This document shows positions 1-15,477 of a DNA stretch of 64,000 nucleotides, piece by piece. Both the position numbers and the translations under genes were made by a program. Below the pieces are notes generated by a model, which made no database searches, had not been told where the DNA came from, and was given only the letters and a program-made list of their open reading frames with translations. The first letter of the stretch is position 1, and each line of letters opens with the position of its first letter. This DNA is from Paraspadella gotoi (taxonomy: Eukaryota > Animalia > Chaetognatha), in the NCBI GenBank assembly GCA_051294375.1, contig CM119267.1:16484835-16548834 (forward strand), in the 5' to 3' direction.

Positions 1-1905
1 TCTCTCTGTCACTCTTTTCCCATTACTCTCACTTTCATTCTATCGCTTATCTCTCTCTGGCGAATTGTTCACTACGAAATAATCTCAGGTTGTTTATTGG
101 AAATTTTATTTTCACTTTGCACGGACGACAACGACGACGACGACAACGACGAAGATAACAACAACGACGACGCCCTGGGCGTTCTAGACGCAGAGGAATA
201 GTAAAGAATTAGCTAAGACGAGCGTTAACAGCGCAAAAGAGAGACATCTACCGGAGCAAGGAGGAAGACAAAAAAGGGCACTAACCTAAGGTTGAATGAC
301 GAGACCCTCTCCCCTTGTGGCACGAAGCCGCCAGCGAAAAGATGCAGCCTTTTAATCATGAAGGTTTTAGGCTACAACGTCGTTTGATCTATGAAGGTTG
401 AAGACGAAATGTCAGTCAACTCGGTGTCGACTTTCTTCCCCCTTGACTCCCCTTCCCCGCCAAAACCTCCGCGGATGTTACATCTCCAACTGTTACCCTT
501 AGATCAACTTTGCTTTCAGTCTTGCTTTCTTAACGTCATGATCTTCTTCAAATCTCTCCCCAGTCTCCACAGCTTGACACTGATTAGTCATTCTATTTAA
601 ACTCCTTCCCTTCCCCTTAATGGACCTTCCATCCCCCTCTTTCCCCGCCTTCTATCCCTTCTACACCCCTCCCCTTCCCCTCACTCTCCCGTCTCCAGCC
701 TCCAACCGCCCGCGAATCCGTGGAGAGGCTTTGCGTGCAGACGTCTCCACGAACGACGTCTAATCGAAGTCCGAATGATCTTTTGTTTGTCTTTTGTTTG
801 TTTCCGTCACTTTCTCTTTTTTTTTTCTTCGAGATTAGAGAAAGAGAATCTTTTTTGTTNNNNNNNNNNNNNNNNNNNNNNNNNNNNNNNNNNNNNNNNN
901 NNNNNNNNNNNNNNNNNNNNNNNNNNNNNNNNNNNNNNNNNNNNNNNNNNNNNNNNNNNNNNNNNNNNNNNNNNNNNNNNNNNNNNNNNNNNNNNNNNNN
1001 NNNNNNNNNNNNNNNNNNNNNNNNNNNNNNNNNNNNNNNNNNNNNNNNNNNNNNNNNNNNNNNNNNNNNNNNNNNNNNNNNNNNNNNNNNNNNNNNNNNN
1101 NNNTCTCTTAATACTTAATCACAGATATTTTCCATCAATCATTTATTTAAAAAAATGTTTAAATAAACTTCAGAAATCAGAATATTTGGACTTTTTTGGT
1201 AAAAGAATCTGGAAATTGGAAACTTGGGACAGACGAATCAGAGAACAAGAAAAGTTTTGACATGAAAATGACAACTGACAACCGGCGCATGACCCGAACA
1301 AAAACACAAGTAACGAAACACAAAACAGACGTAACAAAAATTGGCAAAGATTTTGACATCTAATGATCTTAGCAAAGAAAGCAGAGGAAGTTTTGAACAA
1401 TGACTGATAAAAAAAAGATACTGTACGTAATGGACAAAGAAAAGACAGGGTAAGAACACACGAAGGTGTGTAGGCTGTAAGAGGAAGAATAAAAAAAAGA
1501 AATAGCAAGAAAAAAAAAAGTATTTCCTTCTTTCCATATTTCGGCGATAAAGTGGTGAGATTCTCATAGGAATGACGCGTTTGCCTCGCATTAAGGTCGT
1601 ATTCGCCATAAAAATCTCGCTGATGTTCCTCTGTCTTGATTCTTGGTTNNNNNNNNNNNNNNNNNNNNNNNNNNNNNNNNNNNNNNNNNNNNNNNNNNNN
1701 NNNNNNNNNNNNNNNNNNNNNNNNNNNNNNNNNNNNNNNNNNNNNNNNNNNNNNNNNNNNNNNNNNNNNNNNNNNNNNNNNNNNNNNNNNNNNNNNNNNN
1801 NNNNNNNNNNNNNNNNNNNNNNNNNNNNNNNNNNNNNNNNNNNNNNNNNNNNNNNNNNNNNNNNNGTTTTTGTGGAGAAATTACTCACAAATTTTTATCT
1901 TCCAG

Positions 1906-1936
1906 TTTCGGTGGAGATCCCCTGGCGAGGAGCGAG
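1906..1936 (+). other. Candidate 31-nt micro-exon
   Basis: TACTCAC branch-like motif (1882-1888), acceptor TTTTTATCTTCCAG|, exon TTTCGGTGGAGATCCCCTGGCGAGGAGCGAG, donor GAG|GTAAGT. All three frames are open. No homology evidence. Confidence 0.4.
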
Positions 1937-3511
1937 GTAAGTATAGACTGAGAGGGGAGACTCGAATATAATTAAAACGTTTCGATCGAAAACCCATTAC
2001 TCTACTTCTCTTTCTCGAGGGCAGAAAAAGATATAAAAAGAATGTAAAGAATCGTTGAGAATCGTAAGAAAAATAAAAGACAAAAGAAAAGGAGAGAGAA
2101 AAGTGAGAAACGGGGCGTTAAAATTAATTTGTACGAACGAAGTCATTAATCAGCAAAAGCGGCAGAAAAGGAGAAATTAAAAGAATCCAAACTCGTTCAT
2201 TAAAATGCAAATGTGTGACGAGAGATGTAAGANNNNNNNNNNNNNNNNNNNNNNNNNNNNNNNNNNNNNNNNNNNNNNNNNNNNNNNNNNNNNNNNNNNN
2301 NNNNNNNNNNNNNNNNNNNNNNNNNNNNNNNNNNNNNNNNNNNNNNNNNNNNNNNNNNNNNNNNNNNNNNNNNNNNNNNNNNNNNNNNNNNNNNNNNNNN
2401 NNNNNNNNNNNNNNNNNNNNNNNNNNNNNNNNNNNNNNNNNNNNNNNNNNNNNNNNNNNNNNNNNNNNNNNNNNNAGAGAGAGAGAGAGAGAGAGGCAAT
2501 ATGACGACAGAACACTCAAGACTTGACAAGATTTGGCGGTAAAAGGAGAAAGACCTGACAGGAAAGTCGGAAGGTGTAGGAGGCTTCCAACCGGAAAAGA
2601 CTGAGATGTGGAGGAAAGGAAAGGAAAGAAGGAAAAGGAAAATGGAGGAAGAAAAAATCAGAAAAAGAAAAGAAAGAAGTTAAAGAAAAAAAAATGAGAA
2701 AAATGAAGGAATGAGGAATTGAGTTAAGATAAAGGAAAAGTTGACAAAAGAGAGAGTTATGACGACAAGAGAGAGAAAGACGAAAGAAAGTGTAAATGAA
2801 AAAGAAGAAAAAAGAAGAATGGAAAAGAAAGAAGGAGATAGAAAGATGAAGAGAAATGAACGTGGACGAAAGCAAAGAAACGGGAAAAAAAATTGACTAG
2901 AAAAAGTAAATTAATTGCTGAAATCTTGGGTATTAAAACGTGAAAGGGTTACGACACAATTTTTAAATATGACTGGAAGAAATATAAAGCATTCGAAGAC
3001 GTTGAAACTGGAGTGGGTGAAATAGAGAGCGAGAGAGATAGAGAGCGAGAGAGATAGAGAGCGAGTGAAATAGAGACACAAAAGATTTATGATTCCATAA
3101 ATATTTTCTGAAGAAAAAAAAAATCAAAGACGACGACAAAATTACGAAGGCATTTTGTTTTACTGTCGTTTCGCTGCCAAACAAAAAGAAAAAGAAGGTA
3201 AAAAATAAACAAAGAAAAAGAAAGAAAGAAAGAAAAAATAAAGGGAAATAAGAAAGAAAGAAAGAAAAAAAAGTAGGACAGAAAAGGACTGAAACAAAAA
3301 CATCGCGATGAGAAAATGCGCAGTTCACTTTCGGGCAAACAACGCAAGGAAATCACCTCACCACGCTGAGCCTCCTTCAACGCCCCTCGCCCTTCCTCAC
3401 CCCTCATTCACACTCCCTGACTTCCTTACCCCTATTTTCTTTCTCCGCGACGAGAAATTGTCACAACAATAACACGAAAAATGAAGTGAAACAAACTAAA
3501 AATGTAACCAA

Positions 3512-3573
3512 ACGACGGAAGGAGACAATCAATCAATCAATCACGACGGAAGGAGACAATCAATCAATCAATC
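3512..3573. repeat. Perfect 31-bp tandem duplication
   Basis: ACGACGGAAGGAGACAATCAATCAATCAATC x2. Confidence 0.9.
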
Positions 3574-6500
3574 CGTAGTCGGAAAGATAGGGTAGAGGAA
3601 AATTAAAGGAAATATTTTTTTTAGTTTGCTTTAATAAAGACAAAAAATAAATAAAGAAATTCTTTATTTTTTAGTCTTTCTTTTTATTTTTTTAAAATTT
3701 GTTCAATGTTTATTTGACATTGGCGCTGGAGAATAACGGAAAACTGATCGAAAGATGTCAAAAATTAAATAATAATTTTCACTTTGCAAAATAAATTGTT
3801 TTCCCTTTCTTGTTAATTTCTTTCTTTCTTTCCTTTTTTCTTTCTGATTGTTTGATTATTATATTATTTGATTGTCTGATCGCCAAGAGTCAGCGTCGCA
3901 AAAAGAGATTTGGAGAGAAAAATGGATAGAAAGAAAAAATAAATGAAAAATAGGGACTTAGGAGAAAAAGGAGAGAGAAAAAAAAGGGAAGAATAAAAAA
4001 CAAAAGAAAAAGAAGAAAGGGATTTTGAAAAAGGTTTTAAGGGGATGAGGAAGTCTTGCCGTCTCGGCTCCACTCCGACCATATGCCGTCGTCCATAATC
4101 AACGAATAAAGAGCAGGAGTTTGTGAATGAANNNNNNNNNNNNNNNNNNNNNNNNNNNNNNNNNNNNNNNNNNNNNNNNNNNNNNNNNNNNNNNNNNNNN
4201 NNNNNNNNNNNNNNNNNNNNNNNNNNNNNNNNNNNNNNNNNNNNNNNNNNNNNNNNNNNNNNNNNNNNNNNNNNNNNNNNNNNNNNNNNNNNNNNNNNNN
4301 NNNNNNNNNNNNNNNNNNNNNNNNNNNNNNNNNNNNNNNNNNNNNNNNNNNNNNNNNNGAGAGAGAGAGAATGAGAGTGGCTCGAGGCTGGGTTTTCGTC
4401 GCACAAGAGGGCGGCGAGTGTAAGGGAAGTGACAAAGCGAGAGATTCAAGTGGCCAATTGTGACGCAATTGCGACGCCATTGTGACCAGATTACGAGGAA
4501 AGGGCGAAGCGATGGTGGAACGGATGTGACGCGATGTTCGTTCGTTTGTAACGCGATTTCAACGTCGATTTTAGCAAATGTGACGTGAAAGTGGTACAAT
4601 TAGGAACGCTAGTGCGTCATATATTGATCCGAGTCGGCGAAAAACAACGCAAAGCCCTTTGAAGAGGGAAGAGAGATAAAGAGAGAAAAGTGAAAAGAAA
4701 AAGAAGAACTCGAGAGCGAATAAAAGGAAAATAAAAGAAAAAAGAAAAAAAAAGGTGGGAAAAGAAAATAAACGAAAAAAAAATAAATCCCGATCGAACA
4801 AAACGAAACTAAAAAGAATTTTTTTTTTTGAAGGAAACAAAAGATAAAAAGAAAAAAGAAAAGAAATTAAGAGCGAAGCAAAAAAAAAAGAAGAAAATAC
4901 GGATCAACGTAAGAAGAGGAAAAGAGAGAAAGGAAATCGACCACGAAATCTGTCAAGACGGAACGAGAGGGAAAAAGAAATCTTATTAGCGGTTTTTGAG
5001 TCCGAGTCACGTTTCGGGAATCAACCCTCGACCCCCCCCTTTGTGACACACCCCCTTCACTCCCTTTTTTAAACTCGTTCACACCGTGGGATTATGTCGG
5101 TCCTTAAAGTCGTTTATCTTCTGAAGGACTTTTTTTTTTTTAAATCAATTTCGTTTGAGTGTCAAAAAATTTATCACGATTTGACCTCGAAAAGGTCAAA
5201 CGTAAACCAGTTCGAATAAGAAGCCTTGAATCAGTATTTATCTTAAAATTGCTTTCTCAATCAACTTTGAATGTTAAATTTTTAATCCGTTTCTTGTTTC
5301 TTGTTTAAATTGAACTATTTTTGACAATATTGATTAAAACAGCGACGAACAAAAAATCCAAATTTAACATCAGCAAACAAAAACAACCATTGATCTTCAC
5401 GAGAACCGTCGAGTCGAAGTCAACTCACCGAAAAGAGAGACGACGACAGCTACAGCATCGACAACGACAACGACAACGACAACGACGCGACCTAGAAATG
5501 TCTAAAAACGGTTACAATCCAATTCACCGTCCGCAGCTGCGAGCGTAGCGGCGGNNNNNNNNNNNNNNNNNNNNNNNNNNNNNNNNNNNNNNNNNNNNNN
5601 NNNNNNNNNNNNNNNNNNNNNNNNNNNNNNNNNNNNNNNNNNNNNNNNNNNNNNNNNNNNNNNNNNNNNNNNNNNNNNNNNNNNNNNNNNNNNNNNNNNN
5701 NNNNNNNNNNNNNNNNNNNNNNNNNNNNNNNNNNNNNNNNNNNNNNNAGGGAGGAAAGGAGGAAAGAAAAAGAAAAAGCAAATAAAGAAACAAAGAGAAG
5801 CTCAAAGAAAAATTCAGAAAACAGGAGGAAAAAAATTTGAATCCATTAATGAATCAATCGTATGTTTGTTTAACATTTTTACATTGGCATTTGCATCCTA
5901 AATTTTTCAAATTAATTTTCTTTCGACCTAGCGGATTATACCTGTTTGCAGACAACGACGAAGCAAAATGCCAAACAAAGGAGCGACGCACAGCGAGAAA
6001 AAAAAAATCTGCTTTGAACAACTTTGAAGCGGAGTATTCAACATCAAGTTATCATCGGTGTGCGTCGTTTATAACCTACGTTATCGTCGTCGTCGTCGTC
6101 GTTGTCCGTGGCAACCGCGTGGCCGTGTTAACACATTTATGAAAGGGAGAGACGGAAGACTAGGCGATGCCACATTCGGATCATCAACTTGATTTATGGA
6201 ATCCGATTTTGATTTATGGAATCTTATATGGAATCGAGGAAGAGGGAGGAAAAAANNNNNNNNNNNNNNNNNNNNNNNNNNNNNNNNNNNNNNNNNNNNN
6301 NNNNNNNNNNNNNNNNNNNNNNNNNNNNNNNNNNNNNNNNNNNNNNNNNNNNNNNNNNNNNNNNNNNNNNNNNNNNNNNNNNNNNNNNNNNNNNNNNNNN
6401 NNNNNNNNNNNNNNNNNNNNNNNNNNNNNNNNNNNNNNNNNNNNNAGAAAAAGGGAAATGACAAACGAGACGATCGGTTAACTTCTGCCACCCGAACGTT

Positions 6501-7954
6501 TGATAAACTCGGTTCCCGCTGTTCTTTACTTTTCTTATTTAAGTTTCGCGCCGTCGATTAAATGATTTTTTTTTACGTCTATACAAAGAAAAGTTGGTAT
6601 TTAAAGTCTAAGCAAGATCAGAATTTGTTTAAAAAGTTGTTATTTATATTTTTAAAGGGAAATAAGTCTGAACTTATTTGTCATTTGTTTATGTTTTGTT
6701 ATTATGTCGTTATTATTCTGAGCTGTAATCTCCACTGCAATATCCACTCCTAACAACCCGCCTTTCCCAATTCCACTCACAAAGATTTCACGAAGACCAA
6801 ATCACTCAATTCCACGCAAACGACGTCTCGTAACATCAAACAATAACATCGAATAACATCTCGTGACGACGGCTGAGACAATAGAACGAGATAATATCGA
6901 ATCGAACGAGGCGATGATAATATTCACGAGAAAAGAGGATCTCAGGCTTCTTTCCCTCTNNNNNNNNNNNNNNNNNNNNNNNNNNNNNNNNNNNNNNNNN
7001 NNNNNNNNNNNNNNNNNNNNNNNNNNNNNNNNNNNNNNNNNNNNNNNNNNNNNNNNNNNNNNNNNNNNNNNNNNNNNNNNNNNNNNNNNNNNNNNTCATC
7101 GCGACCCTCCCGATTTAATTCCTCGGGAAGAGAGAGAAACTTCGGTAAAAGATTCGCTTCTGCCTTCTTATTAAAATGATAAGTGATATCCCCCGACCCA
7201 TTGTAACCTTCCCCCTCCCCTTTGGTGTCACGTTAGCCGGTTAGATCCCTTTTCATTGAATCACCTAGATTTTTCACTGGAAGGAAAAATCGGGAAGATG
7301 AGAACCGAGAATTTTGTAAATTTTTTTTTCTTTTTATGGACAAGGCGAGAAAAAAATTTAATAAATGATTATTTAGAACGTTAAAATTGGAAAACGTTAA
7401 TAATACAGTTCGTAAATTTTTTTTTCTTTTTTTTTTTTCATCTTTTTTTGACGAGGGGACATAAATGTATAAGCATAAGAAATGTTTAGCGATTTAAAAA
7501 AAATGTATTTATTTATTTTTGTGCTTTTACAAAATATCCTTATTTCTCGCGATCGTCGTTGTTTCGGACGACGAGAGGAAATGGGCGAAATCTCTCGAAC
7601 GACAACGACGATGACCCCGACGAACGATAACGACGACAATGACGCGTCTCGCCCAGGAGGTCATTTATCAAGAGGCGTTTGCCGCGGCGGGGGACTTAAG
7701 TGGCCCTCGACGGACCGAAGGGGGTTGGGTGGAGGGGGTTGCCACCTACCCACCCACCCTTTGGGAATAAAAAGGAGGTTAGAGCGACGACAGCGAAAAA
7801 AAGAAGAAAGCGAAGGACGAAGCTCATCCAGATAAGGAGAGACTCGAATCCTCTTCGATGTCAATATATTTTGTTTGCGTTTTTGTCATTGGCGCTGGCC
7901 ATCGACAGTGCGATGATAACAACGACAACAACGACGACGATCTTCCTACCTCAA

Positions 7955-8127
7955 TTTTCTCTCTTTTCCCTCCCTTAAATCTCTTCTTCTCTCTTTTCCT
8001 TCACTTAAATCTCCTATTCTCTCTTTCCCCTCACTTAAATCTCCTCTTCTCTCTTTCCCCTCACTTAAATCTCCTCTTCTCTCTTTCCCATCACTTAAAT
8101 CTTCTTTTTCCCTTCACTTAAATCTCC
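7955..8127. repeat. 30-bp minisatellite, about 5.5 copies
   Basis: Unit TCACTTAAATCTCCTCTTCTCTCTTTCCCC repeats with a 30-nt period. Confidence 0.9.
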
Positions 8128-9022
8128 TATTTTATCCAAAAACTTTCCACCTTTTTTTTTCTTGGATTTTTTTTTCGAATGAGAAAAAAAAATCGTAAAA
8201 TTTTTCGAACCAAAACAAAAATTTTCGTCGAGAAAATCGAATTTGAATTTCGCGCGAGAAGGGAAGAGACGACGATGTATAGGATGATGATGACGACGAC
8301 GACGATGAAGACGACGAAAACGATGATGACCATGTCGACGACGACAACGATGGCGGAAACTCAGAAGACGACGATAACGCCGAGGAAAACGACATCAATT
8401 TCATTGTATATTAATTAGTCTTATCGGGGAAAAGATTCGGATTAAAATGAGAAATGCAGCGACGACATTGTAGACGAATTTGAAATCGATACTAAAGAGG
8501 GACAAACTCTACTCTGGCAACCACGACGACGACGACGACGAACAATCCGATATACTCACGTCTCGAACTCGAGCTAATGCGAATTTTAAAATCTTCAAAA
8601 AAAAAAAANNNNNNNNNNNNNNNNNNNNNNNNNNNNNNNNNNNNNNNNNNNNNNNNNNNNNNNNNNNNNNNNNNNNNNNNNNNNNNNNNNNNNNNNNNNN
8701 NNNNNNNNNNNNNNNNNNNNNNNNNNNNNNNNNNNNNNNNNNNNNNNNNNNNNNNNNNNNNNNNNNNNNNNNNNNNNNNNNNNNNNNNNNNNNNNNNNNN
8801 NNNNNNNNNNNNNNNNNNNNNNNNNNNNNNNNNNNNNNNNNNNNNNNNNNNNNNNNNNNNNNNNNNNNNNNNNNNNNNNNNNNNNNNNNNNNNNNNNNNN
8901 NNNNNNNNNNNNNNNNNNNNNNNNNNNNNNNNCTTTGATATCGCCTGGCGCATTTGCGGCCGTATTCCCACTACCGCTAGAAGCATTCTTATGCAGGATT
9001 TTTGTTTTTTTTACTTTTATTT

Positions 9023-10980
<1,958 letters not shown>

Positions 10981-11380
10981 CGTATAAGTCCGATATATGC
11001 AAATAAAAAAGTTCATATACCTAACAAGTCTACAATGCCGCTCGCGGAGGGGGGGGGAGAGCGAAGCAGCAAGTATGAATTTCATCCACTCTTGATTCGT
11101 CAGAAGGGCTTGGGAGGAGGGTGGGTCGATGGTAAGGGATGGAAGGAAAGGTGAGGTTCGGTATGTGGGGGGGCGTTGAATTACGTGCGCGAGTGCGGAT
11201 CTCACCTTCTATGAAAAAAAAAAAAGAAAAGAAGGGGGCGCGAATTTTCGACGCCGCAAAATATTTTCTCGACGGAGGAAAAAAAAAAAGGAGAGAAAAA
11301 AAAAATGCAAAAGTAAGTCTGAGCGAAAATCTTGCGACAATGAAACGCTGCCAGAGATTTTTTTTTTAAACGTTAAGCGG

Positions 11381-12648
11381 GTAAGGAGAGTGAAATGGAA
11401 TGTGGGTCAGGGCGGTTGTAATGATCAATGTTCACGTTGTTGTTTTTGAGGTTTCACGGGGAACGATTGCGCTGATAATTAAGTATTTTTACTCACCAGA
11501 ATACTTAACTTGGTATAAGAGAGAGAAGAGAGAGAGAGAGAAGAGAGAGAGAGAGACGAGAGAGAGAAAGAGAGAGAGCAGAGAAGGAGAGAGAGAGAAG
11601 AGAGCCAAGAGACAAAAGAGTGTTGCAGCATCGACTGAAACCTTACAATTTATGTAGTCCTCGTCGTCGTCGTCTTATTTTGGCAAAATTATGGAATCCG
11701 CCGCGACGGTGGTCTCGTTGCCAGTGGAAAACTGGATTATGCTTAAGTGGCATCATCATCGTCTATGGTATCGAGGCGACGACGACGACGACGACGACGA
11801 GCTCATGGCGACGACGACGACGACGACGACGCTCATGGCGACGACGAAAGCCGACGACGATGAGATTTTATAAATGATGATTAATGATGATTGGAAAGAA
11901 AAGCGAGTCGATGAACATTCGCCATTTTTACAACAACAACAACAAAAAATTAAAAAAAAAAAAAAACCTCAACAGAAAGCATCTCGATAAAAACTACAAG
12001 AAAAATAACTCCTATAATAAAAAACTAACATACAAATTAAAAAAAAAAAAAAAACACTGATCCGGCGTTCCGGTATGCGAGACCTCGCCAGTCTCGCTTT
12101 ATGCAGATTTCGCTCGCTATAACCAATCTCGCTCCTTCAGGTCTTAATCAATAAATCAATGCCGCTTCCGCTTTCGACGCTCAGGCCGGCGCTAAAAAAG
12201 GAAGGGAGCGCCCGCCGCGCGGAAGTGGGAGATTCGTCGAGACGAGATGGATTTAGTCGGCGGTGAGGGTAGGGTGGGAAAAGATTTGGTGTGAAAAAAA
12301 AAGGCAATGGGAAGTGAGATAAATTTTTGGAGATGATTGGGCTTTAAAGCGTAGAGTTAGAAGGATTAAGGGTAAAAATGGAAGGATGTGTGAGGGATTT
12401 TAGTTTTGGCATATTGAAAATTATTATTTTCAGCTACTAATGCTTCATATTAAAAAAATTCGAAGCTCAAAAAAAAATGGCTTTCAACAGGAAAGTCGAG
12501 GCCCCTGGAGGAATAGATTTTTGAGTAAATCTGAAGCGCTCCATCATATTGAAGCGGGTTGCCCAAGATGAAGGGTTTACGCGGAAATACATTACTCTCT
12601 CTCTCTCTCTTCTCTCTCTCTCTTCTCTCTTTTCTCTCTCTCTCTCCC

Positions 12649-12704
<56 letters not shown>

Positions 12705-14680
12705 CTCTCCCCCCAGCCGAAAATCCTTTTAAGGATCCGGGTCATCAATTCAATTATTTAATTAGTCCTAAAACCGAAGAAGCTCGGATTTCGAAAGGGA
12801 GCTCTGACGATTCCGAAAATGTATTCACTTTACTTATTTTTCAAAGGCGCACGTTTTTTTTTGAATTTTTTTGTACTATATAAAAACTTAAAGAAACCTA
12901 CTTTGAAGAGTTTGCAGCCAAACGGTAAGGCGGTTTCTCATAAAATTGGCAGCATGAATTACTTTGGGTCACTAACTCCAATTCTATGAAAGATATTTCA
13001 AAATTGCCTTCCTTCATATAAAAATTTTGATTATTTAATCAATTGGGAATTAATTCCTTGATATCTTTTGAAACGAAAAAACATTTTTTCAAAAAAATAC
13101 ACGCGGCTCATTAGATCATCCCCCACCTTTCCTTTTTTGCCCAAAGATAATTTTTTCTTCAAGAAGAGTCCTCCACATGGTTCTTGAGCTGCAACTCTTC
13201 GTTTTTAAACTTCACTTTCGTCAAGAAAGTAAATTCTGTACTCATTAAAAACTCACATAAACATTTACATAAAGTTTAAAAAGTCAAATTGAACATAAAT
13301 CGATAAGTTTTTTTAACTCATTAAACTCATGAAAGTATAAAAAACCGTCGCTGGAAATGTGAAGAGTAGTTTCTATTTAGACTTATTAGTGATTACAACC
13401 GCCATGTATGTACTGTACCAAAGGAAGAATTAAATATAAGAAGATAGAAATTGAGCTTACTGTAAAGAATCAGGTTTTAAGTTTTAAAAATTTAGTTGTA
13501 GAAATTAGCTTACATATAAAAAAATAATTTCTTTCCTTGAAAATCTAGTTTTACCGAAGAAATTTTTTGTATATTTAAATTTATTCGAATCTTAGTAGAT
13601 TTTTAAAAGTTTTCGAATAATTTTTAATAGGAAACCTCTTACAGATTATGAGGGAAAATGATTAAGATACAGTAAATTAGGATTTCTACAATTTAGGTTG
13701 AGTGATCCTGTTTGGCCTTAAGAAACTTAATAAACCAACGCTCTTTTGTCTCTCCCTCTTGCGCCGAAAATTAGGAGTCGGTAATTGGTTGAGGATAGGA
13801 GAGAGAGAAAGAATGAATTTCGGGGGGTACGCGTGCTTGGATGCGGAGAAGTTGGGATCGCCTAAAAAAGAGAAGTAGTAGAGCGAGAATCGGTTGATTA
13901 GGAAATAATAGAAAAAAAAAATAGTGAGGAATTTTGAAGTAAATAGCTTAAGAACATTTTAGAAAAAGCGAAAATGATAAAATAATACTAAAGACGGCGC
14001 TAGGAATGGACTGTGAAGGCTGTGAATTGCAATTTGAAAGCTGGTTGAATATTGCCCCCACTAGGCCGGAAGTTCTAAGCGAGAGTGAATTTTCGCCACC
14101 GATCCCCGAATTCGTGATTCTATGGTGATTTAGGGACGTCGTGATTCGTTGCTTCCTGCTCGATTCGAGAGAAACGAGGAACGAATATTTGTTCACCGAA
14201 TCGAAATTCACACTCGATGATTTACTCACGAAAATAATGGGGGCGAAGGGGAGAAGAGGCGAAGCGGGTAATGAGAATATGTATATCTATTTTATGGGCA
14301 AATTTTGCTAAAAATATAGAAGATATCTATGCGGAAAATGTCGTCATAAACTTTATCAATATAGAGTTTTTCAAGCTTTATTTTTACCGATAAAAGTAAA
14401 GTGCTATTCACCGAACCCTGGCCTTTCCAAATCGTTAAATTCTAAATAAAACAAATAACAAACAAACTCATTCTCCAATTTCTCAATCACTGAATCTTTG
14501 ATCAACGGACGAAATTCGGACGAATTAGTGTTGTGTCGAATAGGAGGGAGGAAGAGGAGGAGGTAGAGGAAGAGGAGGAGAGGTGGAGAAGCTGGAAAAC
14601 TCGATTATTCCTGTTGAGTTTGGTTGACGACGGGGAGGAAAGAGAGGAATGGGAGGAAAGAGAGGAATGGTGAGGGAAAG
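11381..14680 (+). repeat. Local duplication 1, copy 2 (indel-rich; probable long-read gap-fill artefact)
   Basis: Colinear with 9023-10980 with scattered 1-2 nt indels and a degraded (AG)n tract. Carries about 1.36 kb (12449-13810) where copy 1 has a 10-N gap. Ends near a 25-N gap. Confidence 0.9.
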
Positions 14681-14925
14681 AAAAGGACATGGGAGGAAAG
14701 AGAGATCATGGGAGGAAAGAGGAGGAAAGAGAAGGAATGCGGAGAAAAGGAGCGAATGGGAGGAAAGATGAGAAGGAGGAATGAGAGGAATGGGGGAAAG
14801 AAAGGAAGGAGGAAGAGAGGAATCGGAAAAAAAGANNNNNNNNNNNNNNNNNNNNNNNNNGGAAGAAAGAGAGGAATGGGAAGGAAAGAGAGGAATGGGA
14901 GGAAAGAGAGGAATCGGAGGAAAGA
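14635..14925. repeat. 17-bp purine-rich minisatellite spanning a gap
   Basis: Unit GGAGGAAAGAGAGGAAT(G), also present at 10936-10980. Confidence 0.8.
14836..14860. other. 25-N assembly gap (one of five of identical size)
   Basis: Exactly 25 N at 14836-14860, 22158-22182, 36727-36751, 38673-38697 and 57280-57304. 10-N gaps lie at 10127, 16387 and 49284. Confidence 0.98.
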
Positions 14926-15392
14926 AATGAAACGGGGTTGAAGGAAGTAAAAAAGAAAAAGGAATTTGAGGGAGAAAGAGAATTAGTACAAATATAGATT
15001 TTGAAGATGGATGAAAAAAAAGATATGAAGATGAAAGAGAGAAACAAAAGAAAGGGACAGAAATTAATCGATTATTGAGAAATAAAAGAAAAGGAAAACA
15101 TAAGCTTACGCGGAAGCTTTAGTGAATCAAAGAAGCTGATATGACCGAGCAAAATCTCTAACACTAAGAACCAAGAAGAGCAGATCGGTTTTATCCAGAA
15201 TTTGACAAAAGTGGTCCCGCTTTTGTCAATCGATCAATATACAGGCGACCAAACAATTTTCGAATTGAATTTTACTAATGATTAAATTTAATTGACGGGC
15301 TTTAAGTATTGATTAGATGATTGTCATTGCCCCGTTCGTTATTCCCACCCACGTCCTTCATTATCCACGCTCTCGTCCTTGACACGCGAGTC

Positions 15393-15477
<85 letters not shown>

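Noticed and set aside
7955-8127. CRISPR-like periodic repeat
   Set aside because: Head-to-tail units without unique spacers, eukaryotic context and no cas genes.
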